From Candidatus Velthaea sp. (GTDB lineage Bacteria > Vulcanimicrobiota > Vulcanimicrobiia > Vulcanimicrobiales > Vulcanimicrobiaceae), in contig JBEKHC010000007.1 of NCBI GenBank assembly GCA_050012475.1, positions 16,586 through 80,585 on the forward strand: 64,000 bases of DNA. The letters run 5' to 3'. This document shows, in pieces, positions 31,180 through 39,954 of the stretch (position 1 is its first letter; every line of letters starts with the position of its first letter). The position numbers and the translations under genes are program-made. The notes beneath the pieces are model-generated. The model had not been told where the DNA came from and ran no database searches. It saw nothing but the letters and a program-made list of their open reading frames with translations.

Positions 31180-32395
31180 GGGCCATGAAATAACGCGCGG
31201 CAAGACCAAGGTTTTGCACGAATACCCCGGTCAGCCCGACGTGCTCGTCGTGTCGCAGCTCGACGCGATCAGCGCGCGCGACGGCGAACGGCGCGACACG
31301 ATCGAAGGCAAGGGCCGGATCGCGGCCAAAACGACGGCGCGCGTCTTCCGGCTGCTCAATCTGTGCGGCCTGCCGACGCATTATCTGAGCGGCGGCGAAG
31401 ACGACGACGACAACGAGATGCTCGTGCGGCGCGCGCAGATGATCCCGCTCGAAGTCGTCGTGCGCGGCGTCGCCGCCGGCTCGCTGGTCAAACGAAAACC
31501 GGGCATCGCCCGCGGCGCCTTGCTCGTGCCGCGCCTGATCGAGTTTTTCATCAAGGACGACGCCAACCACGATCCGCTCATCGAAGCCGACGAGATCGTC
31601 GGCCGCGGGCTGGCGTCGCCGCAAGAACTCGGCACGATGAGCGAACTCGCGCGCATGACGTACGAAATTCTCGCGCATGCGTGGCGCCGGCGCGATACGC
31701 TGCTGGTCGACCTCAAGATCGAATTCGGCCGCATCGCCAGCGGCGAAGGCAAAGGCTCGCTGGTCATCGCCGACGTCATCGACAACGATTCATGGCGCGT
31801 CTGGCCGCAGGGGCGCGAAGAGCTGATGCTCGACAAACAGATTTACCGCAATCTCGAAACCGTGACGCCGGCCGATCTGGAGTTGCTGCACGACAATTAC
31901 GAACGCGTCGCCGAGATCGTCGGGACGTTTCCCCAAATGCGCCCGGGGATGATCGCGATCCTCATCGACGGCCCGCCGTTTGCCGAACTGGGCAACAACG
32001 TCGCACGCGCCGTCGGCCAATTCGGTTTGGCCTCGGTTCGGCACATCGTATCGGTCGAACGCACGCCGGGATACGTGCTCCAACTCGTCGCGCAGCTCGA
32101 CGCGACCTTTCCCAAGATGGTGCTGATCGCGGTGGGGGCAACCAGCAGCACGCTGGCGGGGATGCTCGACAACGTGAGCGCGAATCCCGTGCTGCGGGTT
32201 GACGCGGCAGCGCTCGATCTGGACGGCGTCGCGTTCAGTTGCGCGAAGGCGCTGGGGCTCGAGGACACCGTCGTCTATGGGCGCGTCATGCTCATGCAGG
32301 CCAACGTGCGGTCGTCGGTGATGCAGGCCGACGCGCAGCTTCAAGCCCAGCAGCAAGCGCAGCAGACACCGGCACCGGGCGCCACTCTTGCTTGA
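31172..32395 (+). CDS. purC: SAICAR synthetase fused to a degenerate PurE-like C-terminal domain (PAICS-like)
   Basis: GKTK, IPLEVVVR, LVDLKIEFG, IADVIDNDSWRVW; about 150 extra C-terminal residues with PurE-like layout. Confidence 0.9.
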   Translation: MNKGHEITRGKTKVLHEYPGQPDVLVVSQLDAISARDGERRDTIEGKGRIAAKTTARVFRLLNLCGLPTHYLSGGEDDDDNEMLVRRAQMIPLEVVVRGVAAGSLVKRKPGIARGALLVPRLIEFFIKDDANHDPLIEADEIVGRGLASPQELGTMSELARMTYEILAHAWRRRDTLLVDLKIEFGRIASGEGKGSLVIADVIDNDSWRVWPQGREELMLDKQIYRNLETVTPADLELLHDNYERVAEIVGTFPQMRPGMIAILIDGPPFAELGNNVARAVGQFGLASVRHIVSVERTPGYVLQLVAQLDATFPKMVLIAVGATSSTLAGMLDNVSANPVLRVDAAALDLDGVAFSCAKALGLEDTVVYGRVMLMQANVRSSVMQADAQLQAQQQAQQTPAPGATLA

Positions 32396-34712
32396 GGAAG
32401 CGTCGCTCGAAAGCGACGTCCTGCGCATCATCGAGCGGCGCAAGCAACTCGCGATCGGGTTGTCGGACGCCGAGATTCGCAGCATCGTGCGCAAGCTCGG
32501 GCGGCTGCCCTCCGACGTCGAGCTGTACGCGTTCGATGCGCAGTGGAGCGAGCATTGTTCGTATAAATCCAGTCGCCGTCATCTGCGCAAGCTGCCGACG
32601 GACGGTCCGACGGTCATGCAAGGACCGGCCGAGGATGCCGGCATTCTGCACCTCGGCGAATGGCAAGGCGATGCCTACGGCGTGGTGATCGCGCACGAGT
32701 CGCACAACCATCCCTCGCAAGTGGTGCCGTTCGAGGGCGCGGCGACGGGGATCGGCGGGATCGTCCGCGATGTCTTGTGCATGGGCGCCGAGGTGATCGC
32801 GATCGCGGACCCGCTGCGGTTTGGCCGGCTCGACGATCCGCATTGCCGCTACGTTGCGCAAAGCGTGGTCGACGGCATCGCCGCCTACGGCAACGCGATC
32901 GGCGTGCCCAACATCGGCGGCGACGTGTACATCGATGCGTCGTTCGACGACAACGTGCTCGTCAACGTCGTCGCGCTGGGTTTGGTCAAGCAAACCGACA
33001 TCATCCATTCCAAAGCACCGGCCGATTCGCTGGGCTGGGACATCGTGCTCGTCGGCAAGGCCACCGATCGCAGCGGGTTCGGCGGCGCGTCGTTTTCGTC
33101 GGTCACGCTCGATGAAGCCGATGCGCAAGCCAACAAGGGAGCGGTGCAAGTCCCCGATCCGTTCTTGAAAAACGTGATCATCCGGGCGTCCTACGCGGTG
33201 TTCGCCGAATTGCGGCGGCGCAAGATCACTGCCGGCTTCAAGGATCTGGGTGCCGGCGGGTTGGCCGGCTGCAGCGCCGAGCTGGTCGCCGCCGGCGGCT
33301 TCGGCGCGCAGATCGATCTGGGGCGCGCGCCCACCGCGCAGCCCAACCTGCCCGCGCCCGTCATCGCGATCGGCGAAACCCAAGAGCGGCTGTGCTGGAT
33401 CGTTCCGCCCGCGTTCACCCCGGAGCTGCTGCGCATCTATAACGAAACCTTCTCGCTGCCCGCCATCGCGCGCGGCGCGTGTGCAGCGGTGATCGGCACG
33501 GTAACCGGCACCGGCCGCTACGTGGCAACCCATCACGGCAGCGTGGTGATGGACGTTCCGCTCGATTTCCTGACCGAGGGCGTGCGCTACAATCGTCCCT
33601 ACACCATCGCTCTGCCGGATGCCGAGCCGATCGACGCGCTGCGCGAGCGCATCGGTTCCGCGTTGCCGCCTTTGACCCGCGCCGAAATTCTGACGCGGAT
33701 CGTGGCCCACCGCGACGTGTGTTCGCGCGCGGCGATCTTCGAGCGCTACGACGCGGTCGTGCGCGGCACGACCGCGGTGCCGCCGGGCTACGCGGATGCC
33801 GGCGTGATCGTGCCGATTCCGGGCGCGCCGCTGGCGATCGCCCTGGCGGTCGACGGCAATCCGCGCTACGGCAAAATCGACGCTCAGCGCGCCGCCGAAC
33901 TCGCCGTCGTCGAAGCCGTCTGCAACGTCGCGGCGGTCGGCGCGCGGCCGCTGGGGATGACCGACTGCCTCAACTTCGGCGATCCGACCGATCCGCGTCA
34001 GCTCGGCGAATTCGTCGCCGCGGTCGACGGCTTGGCGCACGCCGCGCGCGAATTGGGCACGCCGTTCGTCTCGGGGAACGTCAGCCTCTACAACCAATCC
34101 AAAGCCGGCCGCGCCGTGGCGCCGTCGCCGATCGTCGCCTGCGTCGGCGGGATCGCGGACATCGCGCTCACCGCCACCTCGGCCTTCAAGCGCGCGGGCT
34201 CGACGCTGCGCTACATCGGCGCGCCGCAAGCGGCGCTGGGCGGATCGGTGTATGCGGACGTCATGGGCTTCGCGACCAACGCCCTGCCGGTGCCCCACTA
34301 CGCGCAGATTCGCAAAGCCTTGGCCTTGCTGCAGACGGCATATGCCCGCAATCTGGTGTACGCGGCGCACGACGTGAGCGACGGCGGGTTGCTCGCCTGC
34401 ACCGCCGAGATGGCGTTCGCGACCCTCGACGGGACGCCGGTCGGCGCGCGCTTGGACGCGCCGCACTGGGCCGGCGACTTGCTCGAACGCGAGATCTGGT
34501 TCGCCGAGTACGGCGGTTTCGTCGTCGAAGTCAGCGACGACGCCGCCTTCGCCCGGCTCGCCGCCGAACTGCAAACCGACGCTCCGGCGATCGGGGTGAC
34601 GCTTGCACGCGCCGAACTCGTGCTGAGCGCGCCGGACGAAACGATCGGGCTGGCCGAATTGCGCGAAGCCTGGTCCGCGCCGCTGCGTGACTTTTACGGA
34701 ACGGCCGCGTGA
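32388..34712 (+). CDS. purL: FGAM synthase subunit PurL (small type)
   Basis: QWSEHCSYKSS, ESHNHPS, GAATGIGGIVRD, DLGAGGL, DCLNFGDP, VSGNVSLYN, HDVSDGG. Confidence 0.96.
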   Translation: MLEEASLESDVLRIIERRKQLAIGLSDAEIRSIVRKLGRLPSDVELYAFDAQWSEHCSYKSSRRHLRKLPTDGPTVMQGPAEDAGILHLGEWQGDAYGVVIAHESHNHPSQVVPFEGAATGIGGIVRDVLCMGAEVIAIADPLRFGRLDDPHCRYVAQSVVDGIAAYGNAIGVPNIGGDVYIDASFDDNVLVNVVALGLVKQTDIIHSKAPADSLGWDIVLVGKATDRSGFGGASFSSVTLDEADAQANKGAVQVPDPFLKNVIIRASYAVFAELRRRKITAGFKDLGAGGLAGCSAELVAAGGFGAQIDLGRAPTAQPNLPAPVIAIGETQERLCWIVPPAFTPELLRIYNETFSLPAIARGACAAVIGTVTGTGRYVATHHGSVVMDVPLDFLTEGVRYNRPYTIALPDAEPIDALRERIGSALPPLTRAEILTRIVAHRDVCSRAAIFERYDAVVRGTTAVPPGYADAGVIVPIPGAPLAIALAVDGNPRYGKIDAQRAAELAVVEAVCNVAAVGARPLGMTDCLNFGDPTDPRQLGEFVAAVDGLAHAARELGTPFVSGNVSLYNQSKAGRAVAPSPIVACVGGIADIALTATSAFKRAGSTLRYIGAPQAALGGSVYADVMGFATNALPVPHYAQIRKALALLQTAYARNLVYAAHDVSDGGLLACTAEMAFATLDGTPVGARLDAPHWAGDLLEREIWFAEYGGFVVEVSDDAAFARLAAELQTDAPAIGVTLARAELVLSAPDETIGLAELREAWSAPLRDFYGTAA

Positions 34713-35506
34713 CCGCGCGCGTCGCCGTGCCGGTCTTCCCCGGCACCAATAGCGAAGACGAGACCGTCCGGGCGCTGCAAGCCGCCGGGCTCGCTGCCGA
34801 AGCCGTGCACTGGAGCCGGGGCGGCCGGGCATTGCAGGCGTTCGACGCGTTCGTTTTGCCGGGCGGATTCGCGTACGAAGACCGGGTGCGCGCCGGTGCC
34901 GTCGCGGCCCACGACGAGATGACCGATGCGGTGATCGCCGCGGCGCAAGCGGGAAAATTCGTGCTCGGCATCTGCAACGGCGCTCAGATTCTGCTCGAGA
35001 CGGGCCTGGTGCCGGGGACCGGGCCGATCCGCCGGCCGACGGCCGCGTTTACCCCCAATCGCGACGGCGGCCGCTATCTGTGCCGGCACGTCTACGCGCG
35101 CTTCGCGGTCGCGCCCGAGCGCGTGCCGGCGCTGGGCGGTCTTGCGCCGGGCGCCGTCATCCCGATGTGGCTCTCGCACGGCGACGGCCGGCTGGCGGCG
35201 CGGCCCGATGAACTCGCCCGGCTCGCTGCGGGCGGCTACGTCGCCTTCGTCTATTGCAACGCTGCAGGCGAGCCGGCGGCGGCGCCGCAAGGCTCGGCGC
35301 TCGACTGCGCGGCACTGACCAACGCCGCGGGAACGGTGGTCGCGATCATGCCGCACCCCGAACGCGACGCTTGGACCTTCATGCATCGCGACGGACCCGC
35401 GAAGTTGCGCGCGCGCGGCGTGACCGGCGAGATGCTGGCGCCCGCGGGCGGCAGTGTGTTCTTCAGCGCGTTCGCGCAAGCGCTGCGCAGCGGCGCGGTG
35501 CGCTGA
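34709..35506 (+). CDS. purQ: FGAM synthase glutaminase subunit PurQ
   Basis: FPGTNSE, LPGGFAYED, GICNG, MPHPER. Confidence 0.95.
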   Translation: MTARVAVPVFPGTNSEDETVRALQAAGLAAEAVHWSRGGRALQAFDAFVLPGGFAYEDRVRAGAVAAHDEMTDAVIAAAQAGKFVLGICNGAQILLETGLVPGTGPIRRPTAAFTPNRDGGRYLCRHVYARFAVAPERVPALGGLAPGAVIPMWLSHGDGRLAARPDELARLAAGGYVAFVYCNAAGEPAAAPQGSALDCAALTNAAGTVVAIMPHPERDAWTFMHRDGPAKLRARGVTGEMLAPAGGSVFFSAFAQALRSGAVR

Positions 35507-35970
35507 TGGAGGTGCTCGAGAAGGCGTTTGCCGTCGCGCTGACCATCCCCGACAACGAAGCGTTCACCGCGCTCGAAACGCTGCGCCGGTTGGGCTTTGT
35601 GCTGGGCGGCGTCCGCCGCGCCGACATCTGGTCCTTCGAGGTGGACGCGCCGGCGGCCGCGGCGCTGGCCGACACGATTGCGACCATCGAGACGCTTTTC
35701 AATCCCAACAAACACGAGATCGCCGAGCGGCCCGGCGCGCGGCCGCAAGCCGGCGAGGTCTGGATCGCGCCGTTCGACGACCCGGGCGTGGGCAGCATCG
35801 GCCGCGGCTCGATCCCCGGCGTGCACGCGGTACGGCGGCGGGTCGCCTGGCAACTGCTCGATGAGTCCGGCAGCATCGTCGCGCCAAACGTGCTCGAGCG
35901 CGCCGTTGAGACATTTCTGTGTAACCCCGCGTTTCAGAAAGCAATAGGATGTGGATCGATGAACTGGTGA
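35506..35970 (+). CDS. PurS-like protein, about twice normal length (tandem PurS domains)
   Basis: Coupled to purQ (TGATG); two halves each ending in a PurS-like NP motif (LFNPNKHE, LCNPAFQ). Confidence 0.6.
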   Translation: MEVLEKAFAVALTIPDNEAFTALETLRRLGFVLGGVRRADIWSFEVDAPAAAALADTIATIETLFNPNKHEIAERPGARPQAGEVWIAPFDDPGVGSIGRGSIPGVHAVRRRVAWQLLDESGSIVAPNVLERAVETFLCNPAFQKAIGCGSMNW

Positions 35971-35974
35971 CGCG

Positions 35975-37051
35975 ATGAGCATGATGGTGGAGACGCAACG
36001 CGATCAGCTAGGCGAGGACGCCGAAGCGCGGCAATTCTACACGATCGCTACACTGGGGTCGCACTCCGCCCTGCAGATCCTCAAAGGCGCGCACGACGAG
36101 GGCTTCCGCACGCTGGCGATCGCGACGCGTGACACCGAGCGTTTGTATCGAAGCTTCGCCTTCGTCGACGAAGTCATCGTGATCGCTCAGTACTCCGACT
36201 TCATCAAGCTCGTGCCCGATCTGGAGCGGCGCAAGATCATCGTCGTTCCGCACGGTTCGTTCGTCGCTTATCTGTCGCTCGACGATCATAAGAAGATGCG
36301 CATTCCGTACTTCGGCAACAAGGCGGTGCTCGATTGGGAAGCCAGCCGCGAACTGCAGCGTCAGTGGCTGACGCGCGCCGGTCTGCGCGTACCGCGTCAG
36401 TTCCGCACCGGCGCCGAAATCGATCGCCCTGTGATCGTCAAGCTCTACGGCGCGCAAGGCGGCAAGGGGTACATGTTCCTGCGCGACGCGCTGGATTTTG
36501 AAGAACGCGCCAGCTTGCTCGCCCGGCAGAATTATATTCTGCAAGAGTACATCATTGGCGTGCCGCTCTACATTCACTATTTTTATTCGCCGCTGACCGG
36601 CCGGCTCGAGATCATGTCGATGGACCGGCGCTACGAGACCAACGTCGATTCGCTGGGGCGCATCCCGTCGCGTGCGCAAGAGAGCATGGACATCGACCCG
36701 TCGTATGTCGTGGTCGGCAACTCACCGCTGAGCCTGCGCGAATCGATGTTGGCCGAAGCGTATCGGATGGGTGAGGACCTGGTGCGCGTCAGCCAGGAAA
36801 TCTGCGGTCCCAAAGGGCTGTTCGGCGCATTCTGCATCGAAACGATCATCACGCCGGACGCCCAGTTCTACATCATGGAAGTTTCGGCGCGCATCGTCGC
36901 GGGTACCAATTTGTTCATTGACGGTTCGCCGTATTCGTATCTCAATTACAGCGAGCCGATGTCGACCGGCCGCCGCATCGCGCGCGAAATCAAAAACGCT
37001 TTGCTCACCAATTCGCTGAGTGCCGTGCTGGATGACTCGAGCGTTCTTTGA
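35975..37051 (+). CDS. purP: Archaeal-type formate-dependent FAICAR synthetase (ATP-grasp)
   Basis: IATLGSHSALQILKGA, VPHGSFVAY, DRRYETNVD, LRESML, EVSARIVAGTN, MSTGRRIAREIK. Confidence 0.9.
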   Translation: MSMMVETQRDQLGEDAEARQFYTIATLGSHSALQILKGAHDEGFRTLAIATRDTERLYRSFAFVDEVIVIAQYSDFIKLVPDLERRKIIVVPHGSFVAYLSLDDHKKMRIPYFGNKAVLDWEASRELQRQWLTRAGLRVPRQFRTGAEIDRPVIVKLYGAQGGKGYMFLRDALDFEERASLLARQNYILQEYIIGVPLYIHYFYSPLTGRLEIMSMDRRYETNVDSLGRIPSRAQESMDIDPSYVVVGNSPLSLRESMLAEAYRMGEDLVRVSQEICGPKGLFGAFCIETIITPDAQFYIMEVSARIVAGTNLFIDGSPYSYLNYSEPMSTGRRIAREIKNALLTNSLSAVLDDSSVL

Positions 37052-37055
37052 GCGC

Positions 37056-38150
37056 GTGAAGCGCGCGGGCTGCGCGGCCGTCGCGGCAGCCCTGGTTGCG
37101 GGCGCACCTCCGGCGGCGCAAGCCGAGCTGCAGACCGACCCGATGGTGCTCTACGGCACGATGAAGGCGGCGTACGATAAAGGCATCGCGTCGGGCTGGC
37201 ACTTGGGCGACGAGCTGGATTATTTCTCAACCGTGCTCGATGCCGGCCGCGCGTTCGAACTGCGCCGCCGCGACGATCCGGAGAATGCCGCCCTCAAGGG
37301 CACGGCCGTCGATTTGGCCGCGCGGTTGCACTACGATCCGCTCATCAATCGCGATGCCGCCGAGTGGTACGTTCGGCTGGCGGCGCAAACCTACGCCAAC
37401 GATCCCGCCCGCGGCGCCGCCGCGCAGGCGCTGCTTGCCAAGCTCGACGCTGAGGACGCGAATTTCACCACGCTCGCGCACGACGCCGATGCCGACGCGA
37501 GTGCCAACGCCGCCAACTATGCCGGCGACGTCCAAGCGTTGCTCGGCCGGGTCGACGCCGACGTGCGTGCCTACGATTTGACGAAGGATTCGTATTACCG
37601 GTCGCTGGCGCTGCAGCGCGCGGCGGAGCCGGATTTCCCGATCGCACTCGTGCCGCCCGAAACGGCGAAGGACCTCAACGTGTTCACCGATGCCGCGCGG
37701 CTCGGGCGGATCGGCTACTCGACGAACGATCAGGAAGCGGCCAAGGCGATCGTTTCGCATCGCGCCACCGCGAAAACGATCCCGACGATCGGCCACGTCT
37801 TGTCGCACCAAGCGTACTTGGTCGTGACGGCGCCGGCCGACGAGTATTTCGGTCAAACCAAGCTCTCGCCGCTGGGCGTGCGCAATGCGCTCCTGCACAT
37901 CACGAAATATCTCGACGCCGGGTGGGGATCGCAGATGACCGGCGAGGCGCTCTACGTCGTCGATGCACTCGACGATTGGCGTCAGCAATATCCGCGCGAC
38001 TACGAGCTCCCGCGGTTGCTGCTCAATGCCTACAAAACACTCGACCGCATCAACTCACCGCAAGCCCGCGACGCCGAGATCCGGGTGAAGCGGCTGCTCA
38101 CCGTCGAATACAACGCCACGGACGAAGCACGGTCGCTGCTTGAAGGCTGA
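37056..38150 (+). CDS. Hypothetical secreted alpha-helical protein
   Basis: Long ORF with typical codon usage and signal peptide (M)KRAGCAAVAAALVAGAPPAAQA; no family recognised. Confidence 0.7.
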   Translation: MKRAGCAAVAAALVAGAPPAAQAELQTDPMVLYGTMKAAYDKGIASGWHLGDELDYFSTVLDAGRAFELRRRDDPENAALKGTAVDLAARLHYDPLINRDAAEWYVRLAAQTYANDPARGAAAQALLAKLDAEDANFTTLAHDADADASANAANYAGDVQALLGRVDADVRAYDLTKDSYYRSLALQRAAEPDFPIALVPPETAKDLNVFTDAARLGRIGYSTNDQEAAKAIVSHRATAKTIPTIGHVLSHQAYLVVTAPADEYFGQTKLSPLGVRNALLHITKYLDAGWGSQMTGEALYVVDALDDWRQQYPRDYELPRLLLNAYKTLDRINSPQARDAEIRVKRLLTVEYNATDEARSLLEG

Positions 38151-38162
38151 CGTCGAGCGTCC

Positions 38163-39302
38163 ATGACCGCCGCCTTCGACGTTCGTGCTGCGCTCGCGAC
38201 CTACGAGCCGGCGGCGCTGACGCTGTGCTCGATCGGCAGCCACTCGGCGCTCGAAGTCGCCGCCGGCGCGCGCGCCTGCGGTCTGCGCAATCTCATCGTT
38301 ACCGAGAGCGGCCGCGAGCGCACGTACACCGAGCACTATTTTCGCAAGCCCGCTCCGCCGCGCGGCTGCGTCGATGCGGTCTTGGCGCTGGCGAAGTTCA
38401 GCGACGTGCTCGATCCGGGCGTTCAAGACCGGCTGCTGGCGCAGAACGTGCTCTTCGTGGCGAACCGTTCGTTCGAGGTGTATTTGCGCCAACGCTACAC
38501 GTACCCCGAGATCGAACGCGGGATGCGCGTGCCGTTCTTCGGCTCGCGCACGCTGCTGCGCGCCGAAGAGCGCGACGAGGCCGACAACCAGTATGCGCTG
38601 CTCGAGCGCGCCGGGGTCCGCTATCCCAAACAATTTGCCCACGCCCGCGACATCGACCGGCTGTGCATCGTCAAGGCGCCCCACGCGAAGGTCTCATTCG
38701 AACGCGCGTTTTTCCTGGCGCGTTCGAGCGCGGATTACGAACGGCAGTGCGCGCTGTTGCTGGCCGACGGCATGGTCGATGAAACCGGCTTGCGCGGGGC
38801 GGTGATCGAGGAGTTCGCGCTCGGGCCGTCGGTCAATTTGAATTTCTTCTATTCGCCGATGCTGGGTGAACTCGAACTCATGGGCACGGACACGCGCCGT
38901 CAAACCAACCTCGAGGGGCTCAAGAATCTGCCGTTCGCACAAGCGCAGGCGCTCGCCGACGAGCCGGTGCGTTTGGAAGAAGCCGGACATATCTCGGCGA
39001 CGCTGACCGAGTCGATGCTGGAAAAAGCCTTCGCGATGGGCGAACGGTTCGTGCGCGCGACGCAGGCGAAGGGCCGGCGCGGCATCATCGGCCCGTTCGC
39101 GCTGCAATGCATCATCGTCGCGGGCCCGCCCAAGGACTTCATCGTCTACGACGTCTCGCTGCGCATCCCGGGCTCGCCCGGCACGCGCTTCACCCCCTAT
39201 TCGTCGTACCGGTGGGGCCGCGACGTTTCGGTCGGCGAACGCATCGCGATGGAAGTGGTCTGGGCGCGCGACGCCGGCCGGCTCGCGGATATCTTGACCT
39301 AA
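38163..39302 (+). CDS. PurP-like paralogue (DUF1246/DUF1297 ATP-grasp)
   Basis: IGSHSALEV, NRSF, FERAFF, DTRRQTN, GHISATLTESMLE, GPFALQ, YDVSLRIPGSPG. Confidence 0.85.
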   Translation: MTAAFDVRAALATYEPAALTLCSIGSHSALEVAAGARACGLRNLIVTESGRERTYTEHYFRKPAPPRGCVDAVLALAKFSDVLDPGVQDRLLAQNVLFVANRSFEVYLRQRYTYPEIERGMRVPFFGSRTLLRAEERDEADNQYALLERAGVRYPKQFAHARDIDRLCIVKAPHAKVSFERAFFLARSSADYERQCALLLADGMVDETGLRGAVIEEFALGPSVNLNFFYSPMLGELELMGTDTRRQTNLEGLKNLPFAQAQALADEPVRLEEAGHISATLTESMLEKAFAMGERFVRATQAKGRRGIIGPFALQCIIVAGPPKDFIVYDVSLRIPGSPGTRFTPYSSYRWGRDVSVGERIAMEVVWARDAGRLADILT

Positions 39303-39601
39303 CCGGATTCGCGGCGCTGAACGCGCTGCGAATCCATGGCGTTTGACGCTGCGCGCCAAGCGGCGCGCGTCCCTTGGCGTTGCGCGCAAGCTGCGCGTTC
39401 GGACCTACATGTTTGGGCTGCGCGGTCGGCGACGGTCGACCGTTCTCGGCGCGGCCCGCGCGGCGTTCGCCAAGCGGTGTCTGCGCTGCGGCGTTGGGGA
39501 ATGGCAGGACGTGCGTTCAAGTCGGAATCCAAACGAAGGGAGCGCCGAACGGCTATCCCTAAAGGGCGGCGTATGCATCGATCTTTTTAGAGGAGAACTC
39601 C

Positions 39602-39811
39602 ATGAGCGTTTATCGCGTGACTGAGATCATCGGTACGAGTTCGAAGAGCTGGGAGGATGCGGCCCAGACGGCGCTGTCCACCGCCGCCGGAACATTGCGC
39701 GACTTGCGGGTCGCCGAAGTCGTCGAACAGGACATTGCCCTCGACGAGAAAGGCGGGATCGAAGCGTTCCGTATCAAGTTGAAGATCAGCTTCAAGTACG
39801 AAAAAGAGTAA
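39602..39811 (+). CDS. Dodecin family protein
   Basis: SVYRVTEIIGTSSKSWEDAAQ..TLRDLR..ISFKY; AGGAG RBS. Confidence 0.9.
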   Translation: MSVYRVTEIIGTSSKSWEDAAQTALSTAAGTLRDLRVAEVVEQDIALDEKGGIEAFRIKLKISFKYEKE

Positions 39812-39954
39812 CGCCGCTTCGACGTGAAGCGGTGCGCGCGTCGCGAACGAGGCCGATGTTCCGGCTCGAGCCGGCATCGCCAGCGTTCGCGGCCAGCCGG
39901 CGAACGCGTTCTACTGAAACCGGTGGGCATGCCCGGTGGGGCGGGGAGAGGTGT

